A stretch of 64,000 bases of DNA. Source: the human T2T-CHM13v2.0 reference genome, Homo sapiens. The DNA is taken from assembly GCF_009914755.1 (NCBI RefSeq), contig NC_060945.1, one strand, 5' to 3'. A program made the position numbers and the translations under genes. Below, piece after piece: positions 14,373-30,065 of this stretch (positions are counted from its first letter, which is position 1; every line of letters begins with the position of its first letter). The notes below the pieces were generated by a model that was given only the letters and a program-made list of their open reading frames with translations, ran no database searches and had not been told where the DNA came from.

Positions 14373-17050
14373 CTTGAGAGCAAAAATACACAATGAAAAT
14401 GAGCAAGTTGATTTCTTTACAATTTTTTTAACTGCCAGTTTATATCCAGCTTCCCCCTCAAAAAAAGGAAAACATAATCTGGGGAAAAGTCAGTGATCTA
14501 TATATTAAATTACGATTCTTGATATAATTAAAATATGTCCTCTGTTCTAAAAAGAGATTTTAGTTACCTATTTCTGCCTCCACCTGTCTAAATCTATAAA
14601 ATATTCAATGAAAACTAACCTTGAGGTTTATAACAAATAGTGACAGTCAATATATTGGCAGAGCCTGACAATAATGTGCCCTCACAAATTATCTGTCCTG
14701 AAGCTGAACTTAAAATTCAATTAATGGATGACATAAATTTTGTTCCCTAAACTGGAATAAAACTGATGACCTAAAACAAGGTAGAAAGATCCACTGTCTC
14801 TTTTCCATGATCTGTCTCTGGATAAAAGACTAATCTACATCACTTCAAAATGGTAGTCTTGATTCCTCAGCATGGATCCAACTTAGGAAGGTCCTATTGC
14901 TTTCCTTTACCCTAAATTGGTACAGGAAAACCCCCACAATATTTGAAATGTATGAAAGCTAAATGTACAGAAGTCAAATAGCAAAGATGTATGTTCTTAT
15001 TGAGAATACTTTTCCCAGAAAGATTAAAATATTCACAATTATAAAATCCCATTATTTTCACTCTATAGGTCCTACCTTATTCAGGTCCACATAAACTAGC
15101 AATCCCTTAAAAATTTTCATAGGCACTCAGACACCCAAGGAGAGAGACTGCCAGAAAAGAAACAGAGTCATGATAGTTGTACCTCTATTTCCCTAAGTAC
15201 TATCTAAGTATATTTCTTCCTATGGACACCCACTTCCAGATTCTACTTCTGCAGGGTTCCACAGAAGTCTCCAATCTTTAAATCTTCAGTGTATGAAAGC
15301 ACAGATTCCTGAAAGAATGGCCTCAAATGACCAGGAGTAGGAGCTCTCTATATCCCTGCTCCTGAAAAACAAGCTAACTGGAGTCTCCATCACCTGCCAC
15401 CAGCTATACACACTACCAACTACCCAACTGAACTCCATGACTGATTTTCCAGCTAATCATGCCCCTGACCCAGCCCACATGGACATGGGAAGGACATCAG
15501 TGAACTGTGAAAAGAGGCAGAGGTGAGGAGACACCTGCCCTGTGCCACACATCTATGTAGTTCAGCAATTTCCATCCCCTTAGTACTCCAGGGGCTCTAA
15601 GCCACCCCTTTGTAAGTCAGGATGGAAGTAGATGACACCACATTTCTATCTGCTGTAGACATTCTTCCCAGTGTCTCAAAATGTTTTGGCATCTTTCAGT
15701 AAAAATCTTCAAGTTTGTCAGTCCTTGATTTAAAAAAAAAAAAGCAGCAAAATTTTTAGAGCTCCCTTGAACCTTCTATTTTAATGTGCCTTTGTAGATA
15801 ATTCCCAACATCTTGTGTCCTTCATTTTTATAATTTATCTTTATCAAACTTGTCATAAACCCCAATACTTTGATCTCTTGTAGAAGAGTCCGTACTCCTA
15901 TCCAATCCAGTGTTGTTTATCTTCAAACTTGGACTTCCCCTGCTCATTCCATTCTTATCTACTTCCATTGGGTTCACCAGCTAATTCCATTCTCATTCTA
16001 TCCACAGACTCACTCCCGTTTGTATTATTAAAACACACGCTAATAGGACATAGAAAGAAGCAAGAGTACTGGGCTTTACCATGAGTTCAAATCTCATTTC
16101 TGCCAATTCCTATGTCTAAAAAAAAGCTTCGTAATCTCTTTGAGCCTCACATTCTCTATCTAGAGAATCACTTGACCAGAATGTTCAACGCAGAGAAAAA
16201 TACTAGAAGGTATTTTAATTCATTCCAAGATTCCTTAAAATTCTGTAATTCTATGTCCTCTTGATTCTGTCTATAGAAAAACTTGGAATACATAGGCAGC
16301 AGAGTTTGAAAAAATAATAGAACAAAAGAAACACCAAGAAAAACAGAGAAGAAAGTTTTAAAAAATGAGGACAAGATTATATAAAAGTCATGGAAAAAGC
16401 AACAGGACTAAAAAATGTATTATGGAAGTAAGCAGAAATACTTGCCTAAATGGAAAGCCAAACTGTGAAGTCAAATAATTTGTCTCTAAGACTTGCCTAA
16501 ACTTGCTTTGGTAAAACTTACAGTCCTATGGCCAAAGCTAAGTCAGATCTGCCCTAGAGCCTTTGAAGGTAAAAATAAGATACTGGTTACACTGAAATCG
16601 TCAAATTTATTAGGACTAACCACATTCTAACAATAAACTTAAATGAGAGTTCAAGGTATTTAAACTCTCATTAATTTAGAAGTTAATCAAATTAATGAAT
16701 CTGATTGATCTGATTCAGACCTATACTATGATCCAAGGGCTGCACAGATATCTATCAATCTATGCTGAGGAGCAAGAGAAAGGATTTGGAAGGCAGGCAG
16801 GCTGATGGTCAAACTGTAGGCCAGCTACTTTGTTAACTATGGGATCATGAGGCAATTAATCAGCTCTAATCCATAGTTGTTTATTTAACAGTAGGTTATA
16901 GGAACACAGATGTTATGATGGCTTTATGAGATGATAAATGCATAGAACATATTAGGATGTCTAGCCCAGAATACAACACTCAACAGATATTAGTTTCTTC
17001 CATCTATATTTTCTTAGTTAACATAATTTTTTAAATCTATGAAATCTTAC

Positions 17051-17081
17051 CTGACTGCAGATTCATCAGAAATTCCAACAT
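17051..17081 (-). pseudogene. ANKRD20A: ANKRD20A-like exon (31 bp, DVGISDESAVS)
   Basis: TTTAATAG|ATGTTGGA...GTCAG|GTAAG on the minus strand. Confidence 0.9.
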
Positions 17082-19019
17082 CTATTAAAGAAAAAGGTAA
17101 AATGCATTTTAAATCAATAATAAATGTACAGAATATTAAAATCATAAGAATGCACAGTGATGCATGCCTCTAATCCAAACTACTTGGGAGGATGAGGCAG
17201 GAGGATCACTTGAGGAGCCCAGAAGTTTGAGACCAGCTTGGGAAACATAGTAAGACTCTACCTTCATAAAAAAATTGTGCACACTTGTGTGTATGCTTTA
17301 GATCCTGTTTTTTGTTGTTGTTGTTGTTTTGGTTTGGTTTGGTTTTTTAAAGCATAAGACTGACGTTTTGTTACAAAGCATTCCTTTGGGAGCATGCCTG
17401 GGAACTTATTAGAATTAACATTCATTATAAGTATTGGTAGGTAATTAATGCAGTAAGAACTCTTCCCTCTGTATTTATTAGATGCAAAGAAGAATAAATT
17501 TATTAAAATTTGGTATCTACAAGTGAACTGAAGTATACAAGTCATCCTAGCCAAAGCCTATGAGATTGAGTAAAAATGGTATTGTTAGCAGAACAGGTGT
17601 GATGAGTCAACAGTGTCAAAGAGCATGATTTCTGGACCAAAATATGAGGGGCCATTACAACAGAGTATACACTAGTACCCCTTATCCACTATATGCGCAG
17701 AAAGACATACTTGACACGTTTTTCTCTGCTGTCACACCACAGCAACAATCATCAACAAAGAAGGCTTCTGTAACCAAATGTGTGGAGAGTTTTTCCCCAC
17801 CAACAAACAAGCAATCATTCCTGCTGATGACACAATTCAATTCTCACACCCTATCTACAGATAACATCAGATTTAATTTAATTTATAAATTAAACTTTGT
17901 CATAGATATGTATGTATAGGGAAAAACAGCTTGTGATTCAGTAATATTCATGGTTTCATGCATGCACTGGGGGTCTTGAAATGTATCTCCCACAGTTAAG
18001 GTGTAGTTACTGCACTTATTTTGTTATAACACCACACAGCCTCTCTAGCTCTTCAGATCAAACTGTTTAGTTTAGAATAAAACATGCTATCGCCAGAAAC
18101 CAACAAAACATAGGAATCAGACCAGAAACAGGAATCCTTGCAAATACTTTCCAGCCACCAGTGGAGAAGATCTCAAGAGAGATCAGTGTGTTACTCTGGC
18201 TAATACTCTTCTGGGTAAGGTGCTGGGTGGTTTCCTTAGTTGTAGCTATTTGCTCTGGCCTACGTATAACAAGCCCCAAATTCACCTGCCATTTTACCTC
18301 CCACAGAAAGAACCACTGGAAAGATCACTCCTTTAAGAGCTTATCCACATTCAGAGAGAAGCTGAATAAACACTGGGGAGGTATGGCAGGCTGCCGGGCA
18401 ATATTATCTGATGTGAAAAAATATATAGAAAGGAAACTATCAATGCCCTTTTACTACCAGAATGTTCTAATGTTTGCCCATCTCCCTAGTAGGAGAAAAA
18501 AATTTTTTCACCTCGCATAAAGCAAAACTCCCTTGTCATCTCTCATGACAGAATCTAGTTGTAGGTGAGTCATGCCATCATAATACAGGCTGTTGTCAAC
18601 CTCATCCCTCAAAGGAAGAGGATCAGTGAGGAACTTATGTATTTACCTAATAGCATTCACTGCCTGGTCTTATTTCCAACCGAAGGTAAGTATGAAAGAC
18701 TTTGTGATTCCAGTTTTATAAAGCACAACACTTTGCACTTGTCCTCTTCCATTGCTAAAGAGTCTATCTGGACCCACCTCACAGAGCAAGATGCTCCAGG
18801 TTGTGCTGTGTAGTACGGCGTGGTGTCCTTTTCCTCAACCCTTTCTATTATGTGCCACATATCTATACAAATCATGTTTTCTAAGTATGTAAATCATATC
18901 TCATCAGAATACATCATTCTTTACAATGATAAAGAAGCAAAAGAAAAACAAAAGGACAAAGAACATCTTAAATGACTACATTCAACTGCCATGGAGCTTT
19001 AATTTTTTAACTACTCAAA

Positions 19020-19470
19020 AAGATATCCACTCTTCTTATTCCAACTATATGACTCTTCTGAAAAAAGTAAAACTATGAAGACAGAGTAAACATCAATGGT
19101 TGTCACGAGTTGCTAGGGAGAAAGGGAGAGATGAACAGGCATAGCACAGAGAATTTTTAGGGCAGTGAAACTGTTCTGTCGATAATATTACAGTAATAGA
19201 TACATGTCATGTCATTATATATTTGTCCAAATTCACAGAATGTACAGCATCAAGAGTGAGGCCTGATGTAAACTATGAACTTCAAGTGATTATAATGTGT
19301 CAATGTAAGTTCATCAGTTGTAACAAATGGACCACTCTCTGGTGGAAAATACTAATAATGGGGGAGGCTATGCGTGTGTGGGAGGCATGGGATATATGAG
19401 AAATCTCTGTACCTTCCTCTCAATTTTGCTGTGAACCTAAAACTACTCTAAGAAATAAGGTTATTGATTT
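19020..19470 (+). mobile_element. L1MC-type 3' end fragment
   Basis: Motifs such as tatgagaaatctctgtaccttcctctcaattttgctgtgaacctaaaact. Confidence 0.8.
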
Positions 19471-19485
19471 AAAAAAAAATATTCA

Positions 19486-20160
<675 letters not shown>

Positions 20161-20700
20161 GATATTCACTGAACCTGTTACTATGATATATTTAAGCAAG
20201 ACATGGCGACCCTAAAAATTAGAGATCATTGAAGACCAAAGTAACAACATGTGGTCATTATTTCTCAAATTGAAGTATATAAAATAAATAAATTTAATTG
20301 CATGCTTAGGTAAGAAAATATTGATAAAAATGATTGAATATTTTATCTTATTTCATAATTCTAAGCAGGGCTTTAGCACAATATGAAAACTAGATTATTC
20401 ATGTAATCCAAATAAAAGACAATTTTTATTCTAATTTTAACTCAGAAATTATTTTGCTTATTTAACAATTTTACTGAAAGGTAAATGAGATAAATAGGAC
20501 AGATTATAATTACCTAAATTGCTATGGTAACTTATGTACAAATAGCTGTTCGTCACTGAAAGTCAAAAAAGTAACCAGCGCTGCAACTTAAGATGGATCA
20601 TACAACAGAAATTAGTACCAAGTTACCTTATCTTATAATATTATGTTATTAAAATGAAATTTTAAAACAACACCAAAAATTAAGTTGGGGTTATACAAAG

Positions 20701-20861
20701 TGTGCAGAAAAGATTTCATATAACAGGCAAGAGACTGCCATCCTTAGAAAGGCCTGCATGCAAGGCTGGCCCTTGGCTGGTGTTTAGGAAATTGGAATTG
20801 GGAGGGTTTCCACCATTCCGTGAGAAGAGTGGCTCACTGTGTCTAAAGTTTTTATAGAAAC
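20701..20861 (+). mobile_element. Truncated LTR 5' fragment (MER21-like)
   Basis: Starts TGTGCAGAAAAGA...ccttagaaaggcctgc.tgcaagg.tggcccttggctgg; similarity ends abruptly after ~160 bp. Confidence 0.6.
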
Positions 20862-22774
20862 CGCCAATGGGTGAAATCCAAAGCAGCAGCTGGTGTATCC
20901 ATTAACATTCTCAAAACAGGATGCATCTGGACCCCTGTGTGCAATCTTCATAGCACACAGACACTAAACAGAAAGGCAGTCATTGCTGCCAAACAGGACC
21001 CAAATGTCACACACAGTGCAATGAAGCTATAAGCTCCCTATGGAGAGAAAAGTAGACAAATCAAAAATATTCAATATCCAATCCAAGTCCACATTAAATC
21101 TTGATTCCAGAAACGTGCATTAACCACTTCAAAGACTAAAATTTAAGCCATCTTTTCTATAGCGATTTCCCATTTGGTTGGCAGGCATACAGGAGTAGAG
21201 AATGATTTAATTTACTTACAAGTATTCAGAAAAGATAGTGACCTCTACATTCAACCAGCTACAGCAGCTTAGCACCCAGCCAAAGCCTGCATCTCTCCCA
21301 CCTTAAGATTTAGTGGTTGGCTAGAGTTAGCAGCATCCAGGCCACATCTATCTCTGCATTCTAAGTTTGCTTCCAAGATAAAGATACAAATGCAGGCTGG
21401 CTCCAACCTAGCCAGAGATCCCAGCCCCACTCTCTGCATCCCAAAATCCCTCAAAGACCCAAGAGATTTTCCAGATTTCTACAGTCTCCTAACAGGTCCC
21501 CTTGACAGTTAAATGCCCTCTCTTTACCTCAACTAGCTGCAGGTAGAATATAATGGGTACAGCAGAAAGTCACTGTAAGTGTAATATGAAGATACACAGC
21601 CCTTTTAAGCATTTCATTATATTACATCTAGCTTACTTCTAAGTGATTTATTCAGATGTGACTGAAGAAAGTCTAAAGGGAAAAAAAAACAATTTAATTT
21701 GATAAATTAAATTATCAATTATAGCCAAATTATTTGGGTATAACAAATTAAACATTTTAAGCAGACAGAAGATGCAAACATTTTAAGTTTACAGAAGATA
21801 TAAAATGTTCACTATCAAAATGTCGCAACTGATAAAAATGTTCTCAAATATTTCTGTCTCAAACTTGCATTGTTCATTAAGGAAGCAAAATAGGTGGGAC
21901 ATACACAGCAACAACATCCCTCAAAAAACACCTTGGCTCATTCCTATAAGCCAGGCAGCAAATACATCATCCTTACATATGTTAATTACCTTCCAATTTC
22001 AAATTCTCAACTGTGAAATAAAGGACCATTTTATTTGGCTGCTTCCAGTTCAATATGACTGTTTTTATTAAAACATCTCTAACTTGAAAAATATTTGGTG
22101 TTTTCTAAAAAACTGCAAATTGCCACAAATGGCCAGATAATTTGGAATAAACACCCTACAGAAAAAAATATATATTCAAGTTGCATAAGTCACTTTGAGC
22201 AATCCTTTGAGGATATTTCATTTATATCTAAATGAACCACAGGTTTAGCTGGCTTTTCTGGAAAACCAGAAGCAAATAATGTATGATTATAATGAAAACC
22301 ATCTCAAGCAATTTTGAAATGAAGTACCACATGTCTTATGCTGTCCCTTCCATGCACTTGACAAAACAGCCTATAACAAATTGTTTACTTTGAGATTTAG
22401 CAGGAAAATTCCATGAGGTTTAAATGAGATTACTAATAATAAGCCATCTACCTTTGACTCTATTCCAATTAAAAATGGGTTAGGAAAGTGCTTTGAAAAT
22501 CAAGTGTGTTCATCAGGGAATCATTTACCTAAGTCTTCTTAACACTGCTTAGTGAATATTAAGCCTGATATAGTAAATACACGCTAACCACTAAATTGAA
22601 GGGGAAAGAGGGAGAACAAAGAGACATGTAAAGTACACTTACTTTTTCTAGTAGGAAAAAGCCAATTAAAACTATCACCTATTAGTTTTATTGGAATCAG
22701 TCTTACAGGAGGTCAAACTTCCTACTGTTGCTACCTATTCTCAATATTTTTCTTATTTCTTCCTAAACTTCTAG

Positions 22775-23077
22775 AGCCGTGCTGTCCAATAAATATGTGA
22801 GCCACATATGTAATTTTAAATGTACTAGTAAGCCCCATTAAAAGGTGAAATTAATTTTAAATATACTTAACTCAGTATGTCCCAAATAGTAAACATAGTA
22901 ATAATTTTAACATGTAATCAATATAAAAAATTATCAAGCAGATATTCTACGCTGTTCTTCCCACTCCAATGACAAAATCCAGTATATTTAACACAACACA
23001 TCTCAATTAGGACTAGCCAGGATTTCAAGTGCTCAATAGTTACAGGTGGCTAGCGCCTACTGAATTGGACACTGTAG
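22775..23077 (-). mobile_element. MER33-like hAT/Charlie DNA transposon
   Basis: gctgtccaat ... attggaca termini and MER33 internal motifs. Confidence 0.8.
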
Positions 23078-24617
23078 TTTCAGTGCATTGAATTTCTGTC
23101 CCACTTAGCGCTAATTAAAACTTCACCCTCTCACCTGATAATTATGCTAAGATCTCAGAAAGTAACCCACTACAGGCAGTTTCAAGCCCTAATTTACCTC
23201 TAATTACTCTTACAGCAATGCGATGAATCATGATTTAAAATTTTAAAAAAAAATTGCTGTTAAATTATTAGTCAAGCGCCCAGGGCAATGGACAGTAAAG
23301 AAATAATGTAGGCCATGGGCCGAGATGACAAAACGGTCCTTTTATTTAAAGCTATAACAATAATCTGAAGCCAGCCCTGTAAAATAGACATCCATTGAAA
23401 AAGTCATGCTAGTTCTTTTGCTTTTTTGTGTACTTGGCCTCCTGTGTCCCTAAACAGACCTCTTCTCAGCAGGGTTTGCTCAGCAAGTCACTTGTTGAGT
23501 CTTGCGGTCAGCAGAGGGGGTAGGGAATGGCAGGGACTGGCATAGGAGTGAGGGGGAGGAGGCAAGGTGAGGGGGGCCAGGTGAGGAGGGGGGCACTTCA
23601 AGGGGAGTTCAAGACCAGCCTGGGCAACATGGTGAGACCACCGCCCCTCACCGCCGCCATCTCTGGTCTCACTCTGGTCTCACACACATGCACAAATTAA
23701 ATTTAATTTAAAAATTAAAAAATTGTTTTAAAATAAGTGGAATATTTACATGGATTATGTATACATTCATTTTGTAGAACTATAGATCCCATGTAACTGG
23801 GAACTCTTTACTCTTCTAACACAACATTTATTTAGCCACAAATGAAAGACCAGTGATGTAGCCTGTACACAAAAAAGTAAGAAAACACTGGTTAGGCTGG
23901 GGCAGGGGTGGGGGGAAGAGATCTACAAATTTAAAATTTTATTGGGAAGGATCACTAATTAGAATCAGAACAATTACTGCTTTAAAGTAGTTAAGAACAG
24001 AGCACAAGGAACCCAGAGAAGAAGCAGATATGATTCAGAGCAGAGCTTACAGAGCAGATGGTATCTGAGCCGAGACTGATAGAATAACATTAATAAGGGC
24101 ATTCACGGCCATTTATTATCACTTAACTGCAATGCATTTTGTATAAGTTATTTCTACTCTTCATATCAACCATGGAAAATAATACTTATTCTTCTCTTTT
24201 GAAGTTAAAGAAGTGGTAAGTGGTCTAAGAAGATAAATTAACATACCAACACCAAATAGCTCAAGTTCAGTGACTCAAGAGGGCCCGCGTCTCCCCAAGA
24301 GGTTGCTCAGCAGGCAGACGAGGTAGAGAGCCCTTCCAAGAAGTGACAGTGAGATGTGAAAGGTCCCAGTGTGTCTCTGAGAACAACAGAAACCAGTATG
24401 TAGACCAAGTGGGAAAAGCCACGGAAGAGGCAGGGATTTCCTCTTAAGATAGCAAGAATAAACAGAGCAGGGCTGAGGAAAGCCATGGAAAACGGGCAGA
24501 ATGCCATGAATTTAGTGAGAAAAAGACAATTTTTACTTTAGAAAGGGGGAAAGAATGGTGGTGGTCTAGGTAAGCCTAGAAGCAGAGGAAAGGGCAATGG
24601 AGAAAAAATAAACAAAA

Positions 24618-25020
24618 TGTATGAGTCAGGGTTCTCCAGAGGGACAGAACCAACAAGATACAGGTATATGTATAAGGGAGTTTACGAGAGAGAATTGGTT
24701 CACACGGTTAGAAGGCAGTCCCACAATAGGCTGTCTGCCAGGTAGGGAAAGAGAGAAGCTAGTAGTGGCTCAGTCCAAGTCCAAAAGCCTCAAAACCAGG
24801 AAAGCCCGCAGTGCAGTCTTCAGTATGAGGCCGAGGGCCTGAGAGCCTCGGGGAAGCCGCTGGTGCAAGTCCCAGAGTCCAAAGGCATAAGAACCTGGAG
24901 TCTCATGTCCGAGGGCAGGAAGAAGGGAAGCAAGTGTCCTGCACGGGAAGAAGAAAAAAAGAGAGCCAGAAGCTTCAGCTAGCAAGGTTATCCCATCTTC
25001 CTCCGCCTGCTTTATTCTAT
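24618..25020 (-). mobile_element. MLT2A-type LTR, truncated by the satellite
   Basis: gtcagggttctccagagggacagaac..., cagtccaagtccaaaagcctcaaaac motifs. Confidence 0.85.
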
Positions 25021-27147
<2,127 letters not shown>

Positions 27148-27149
27148 AT

Positions 27150-27696
27150 GAGTTTCTAGAATGTATTTGAGGAGGGTGACGGGCGGTGTGTGCATGCTTC
27201 ATGGCCTTATTCAATTAAACACTCTGCTCTCAATTTATTGCTAAATCCTCCTTGAGCCCTTAGATTTCATAACGGTTGTCGCGACATTTTTCTGGATGTA
27301 GAAAACGTTCCTATTTCTTGCCACCTCATGGGCTACACCTTGAACTAAAGTTTTTATGTAGATACTTGTGCTTACTCTGCGGCCTTTCCAGGGTTTGCTG
27401 AAGATGGAGGTATTTAGGCTGGGCAAGAGGTGGTGAGGTAAATTGGGGTTTATCGATTATAGAACAGCCTCCTTTAGAGGGATATAAAGCACCGCCAAGT
27501 CCTTTGAGTTTTAAGCTGTTGCTTGTAGTGTTCTGGCGAACAGTTTTGTTGATCTAACTATTCGAGTTTAGAGTTAAGCATAGCGGGGTATCTACTCCCA
27601 GTTTGGATCTTAGCTATTTTGTCTTCAGAATATTAAAGGCACCTTCGTAGTTATTTCAGCTGGGGTTTTTTTACAACTTTTTTACAACTTATTTAG
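27150..27696 (-). pseudogene. MT-RNR1: mt 12S rRNA pseudogene fragment
   Basis: Reverse complement contains CACACCGCCCGTCACCCTCCTC, AAAACTCAAAGGACTTGGCGGTGC and CAAACTGGGA.TAGATACCCC. Confidence 0.96.
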
Positions 27697-27753
27697 AAAC
27701 TTTCAGGTTTCTAAATATATGAATGAACCATAATATAAGCCTCGGCCAATACA
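27697..27753 (-). pseudogene. MT-CYB: ~57-bp mt CYTB fragment
   Basis: Reverse complement translates (mt code) as IGRGLYYGSFMYLETW, the conserved cytochrome b motif. Confidence 0.85.
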
Positions 27754-28791
27754 ATGCTGGTTAGGCCTCCTACTGTAAAAAGGAAAATAAATCCCCGGGC
27801 TCACAGCATTGCGGGGGATCATTTGATATTACCGCCGTGAAGTGTAGCTAGCTAGTCAGCTAAAAACTTTGACGCTAGTAGGAATAGCAATAATTATAAT
27901 AGCAGAGGTGAAGCAGGCTCATGTATCCACAACTATCCCTACCGTAAATATACGGTGGGCCCATACAATAAACCGTAAGGACCCAACTGATCCTATAGCT
28001 CACACTAGGCCCATATACCTGAATGGTTCTTTTTTCTTCCAGAATAGTATGTTACGACGTGGGAAATTATCCCAAAGCCCAGTGGGATGAGGATGTAGAC
28101 TTCAGGGTGACCAAAGAATCTGAATAAATGCTGAAATAAGATAGGATCACCTCCGCCAGCCAGATAGAAAAAAGTAGTATTAAGATTGCAGTCAGTTAAC
28201 AATATAGTGATGCCGGCGGCTAGGACTCGGAGACAAAGGAGTAGAAGAACTGCTGTAATTAGGACTAATCAGATGAAGAGGGGTGTGTGATATTGGGACA
28301 TGGCTGGGGGTTTTATATTAACAATTGTGGTAATAAAGTTAATAGCCCCTGAAGTAGAAGAAACACCTGTCAAGTGGAGTGAAAAGATAGTGAAATCTAC
28401 AGAGGCGCCTGCATGTGTTAGGTTTACTGCTAAGGGAGGAGAGACTGTTCAGCCGGTTCCAGTGCCGGCTTCTACTATAGTGGATGCAAGTAATAAAAGG
28501 AAGGAGGGTGGGAGGAGTCAGAAGCTCATATTATTTATGCAGAGAAATGCTATATCGGGGGCGCCAATTATCGGGGGACTAATCAGTTGCCAAGACCTCC
28601 AATTATAGTATTACCATAAAGAAAATTATGACAAATGCATAGGCTATAACAATGACATAAATTTGATCATCTAGTAGAGTTCAGCTCGAATTTAAAGCTG
28701 TACTGACTATCCCTGCTCATGTGCCAAATAATAAATATAATGTCTCGATATCTTTATGGTTGGTTGAGAATAGTCAACTGTCAGCCAACAT
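27751..28791 (-). pseudogene. MT-CO1: mt CO1 pseudogene (5' two-thirds)
   Basis: Start MLADSWLFSTNHKDI at 28791; [30 protein letters not shown] motif; frameshifts and deletions. Confidence 0.97.
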
Positions 28792-28810
28792 AAATGAAGT
28801 GAGAAAAAAG

Positions 28811-29098
28811 GGTAAAATGACTGAGTAGGGCATTAGACTGTACATCTAAAAACAGAGGTCAACGCCTGTTTTTACCAGTCCCAAGGTGATTTTCATGTTG
28901 AATTGTAAATTCAAAGAAGCAGCTTCAATCCTGCTTCTCTCACCTTTTTTCCCCCAGCTGCTGGAGAAGTAGATTCAAACCAGTTGACTAGGGAGTTTAG
29001 CTGTTAAGTTTTCATGGGTTTCAGTCTCATCAATTTAGTAAGGACTTAGCTTACTTAAAGTGATTGATCTGTATTCAATTGACCAAGGGTGTTCTGTA
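28811..29098 (+). pseudogene. mt tRNA-Tyr (28811-28877), tRNA-Cys (~28877-28937), OriL remnant, tRNA-Asn (28970-29038) and partial tRNA-Ala (29040-~29098) pseudogenes
   Basis: ggtaaaatgactgag...tttacca; ccaaggtgattttcatgttgaattgtaaattc; tagattcaaaccagttgactaggg; aaggacttagcttacttaaagtg, in the expected order next to CO1. Confidence 0.9.
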
Positions 29099-29697
29099 TC
29101 TGAGAAAGTACATTTCAGGGTCACCATACAACAACTGTTCAAAAAGGCCTCCAATATGGGACAGTCCTATTTATTATCTCAGAAATATTCCTCTTCGCTG
29201 GATTCTTTTGAGCATTCTACCATTCTAGCCTAGCCCCTACTCCAGAATTAGGAGGGCATTGACCCCCAACAGGTATTTCTCCCCTTGACCCCCTGGAAGT
29301 ACCTCTCCTGAATCCATCTGTATTACTTGCATCAGGAATTTCAATTACTTGAGCCCATCACAGCCTAACAAAAAATAATCAAAAACATACAATCCAAGCA
29401 CTACTTGTTACAATTATATTAGATATTTACTTCACCTTCCTACAAGTCTCAGAATACTTCAAAGCTCCCTTTGTTATTTCTGATGGTATTTATGGCTCAA
29501 CATTTTTTTATAGCTACAGGCTTTCACAGAATTCACATCATTATTGGATCAACATTCCTCAGTCTGCCTTCTCCGCCAATTAAAATACCACTTTACATCT
29601 AGTCATCATTTTGCCTTTGAAGCCGCTGCCTGATATCGACACTTTGTAGATATAGTATGACTATTCTTGTATGTTTCTATTTATTGATGAGGATCTT
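29098..29697 (+). pseudogene. MT-CO3: mt CO3 pseudogene (3' three-quarters)
   Basis: gcattctaccattctagcctagcccctac, tttgaagccgctgcctgatatcgacacttt; ends tattgatgaggatct. Confidence 0.95.
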
Positions 29698-29758
29698 ACT
29701 CTTTTAGTATAAATAGTACCATGATTTCCAAAGTTTTGATAGCATCCGAAAAACAGTA
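29698..29758 (+). pseudogene. MT-TG: mt tRNA-Gly pseudogene
   Basis: actcttttagtataaatagtacc between CO3 and ND3. Confidence 0.88.
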
Positions 29759-30065
29759 ATTCACCTAACATTAACCCTAGTAATCAACACCCTATTAGCC
29801 CTGTTACTAATAATTATTACATTTTGGCTCCCACAACTTAATATATATATGTAGAGAAGAGAGAAAAAAATATATATATGTATAAAATAAATATATATAG
29901 AAAAATCTAGCCCTTATGAATGCAGATTTGACCCTCTATCCTCTGCCCACATTCCCTTCTCCATAAAATTCTTTCTAGTAGACATCACATTTCCCCTATT
30001 TGAGTTAGAACTCGCCCTACTACTACCCTTACTGTGAGCCCTTCAAACAATCTGATACTAATAAT
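29759..30065 (+). pseudogene. MT-ND3: mt ND3 pseudogene, 3'-truncated, with an AT-rich insertion
   Basis: atcaacaccctattagccctgttactaataattattacattttggctcccacaact...gaaaaatctagcccttatgaatgc.gatttgaccct. Confidence 0.93.

Larger units (their letters stand above)
27148..30065. pseudogene. NUMT: rearranged nuclear copy of four non-contiguous mtDNA segments
   Basis: See sub-features; diverged from modern human mtDNA with many indels. Confidence 0.97.

Noticed and set aside
28811-29098. Functional tRNA genes
   Set aside because: Mitochondrial-type NUMT copies with stem mismatches and deletions; the Cys anticodon is mutated (GCA to GTA).
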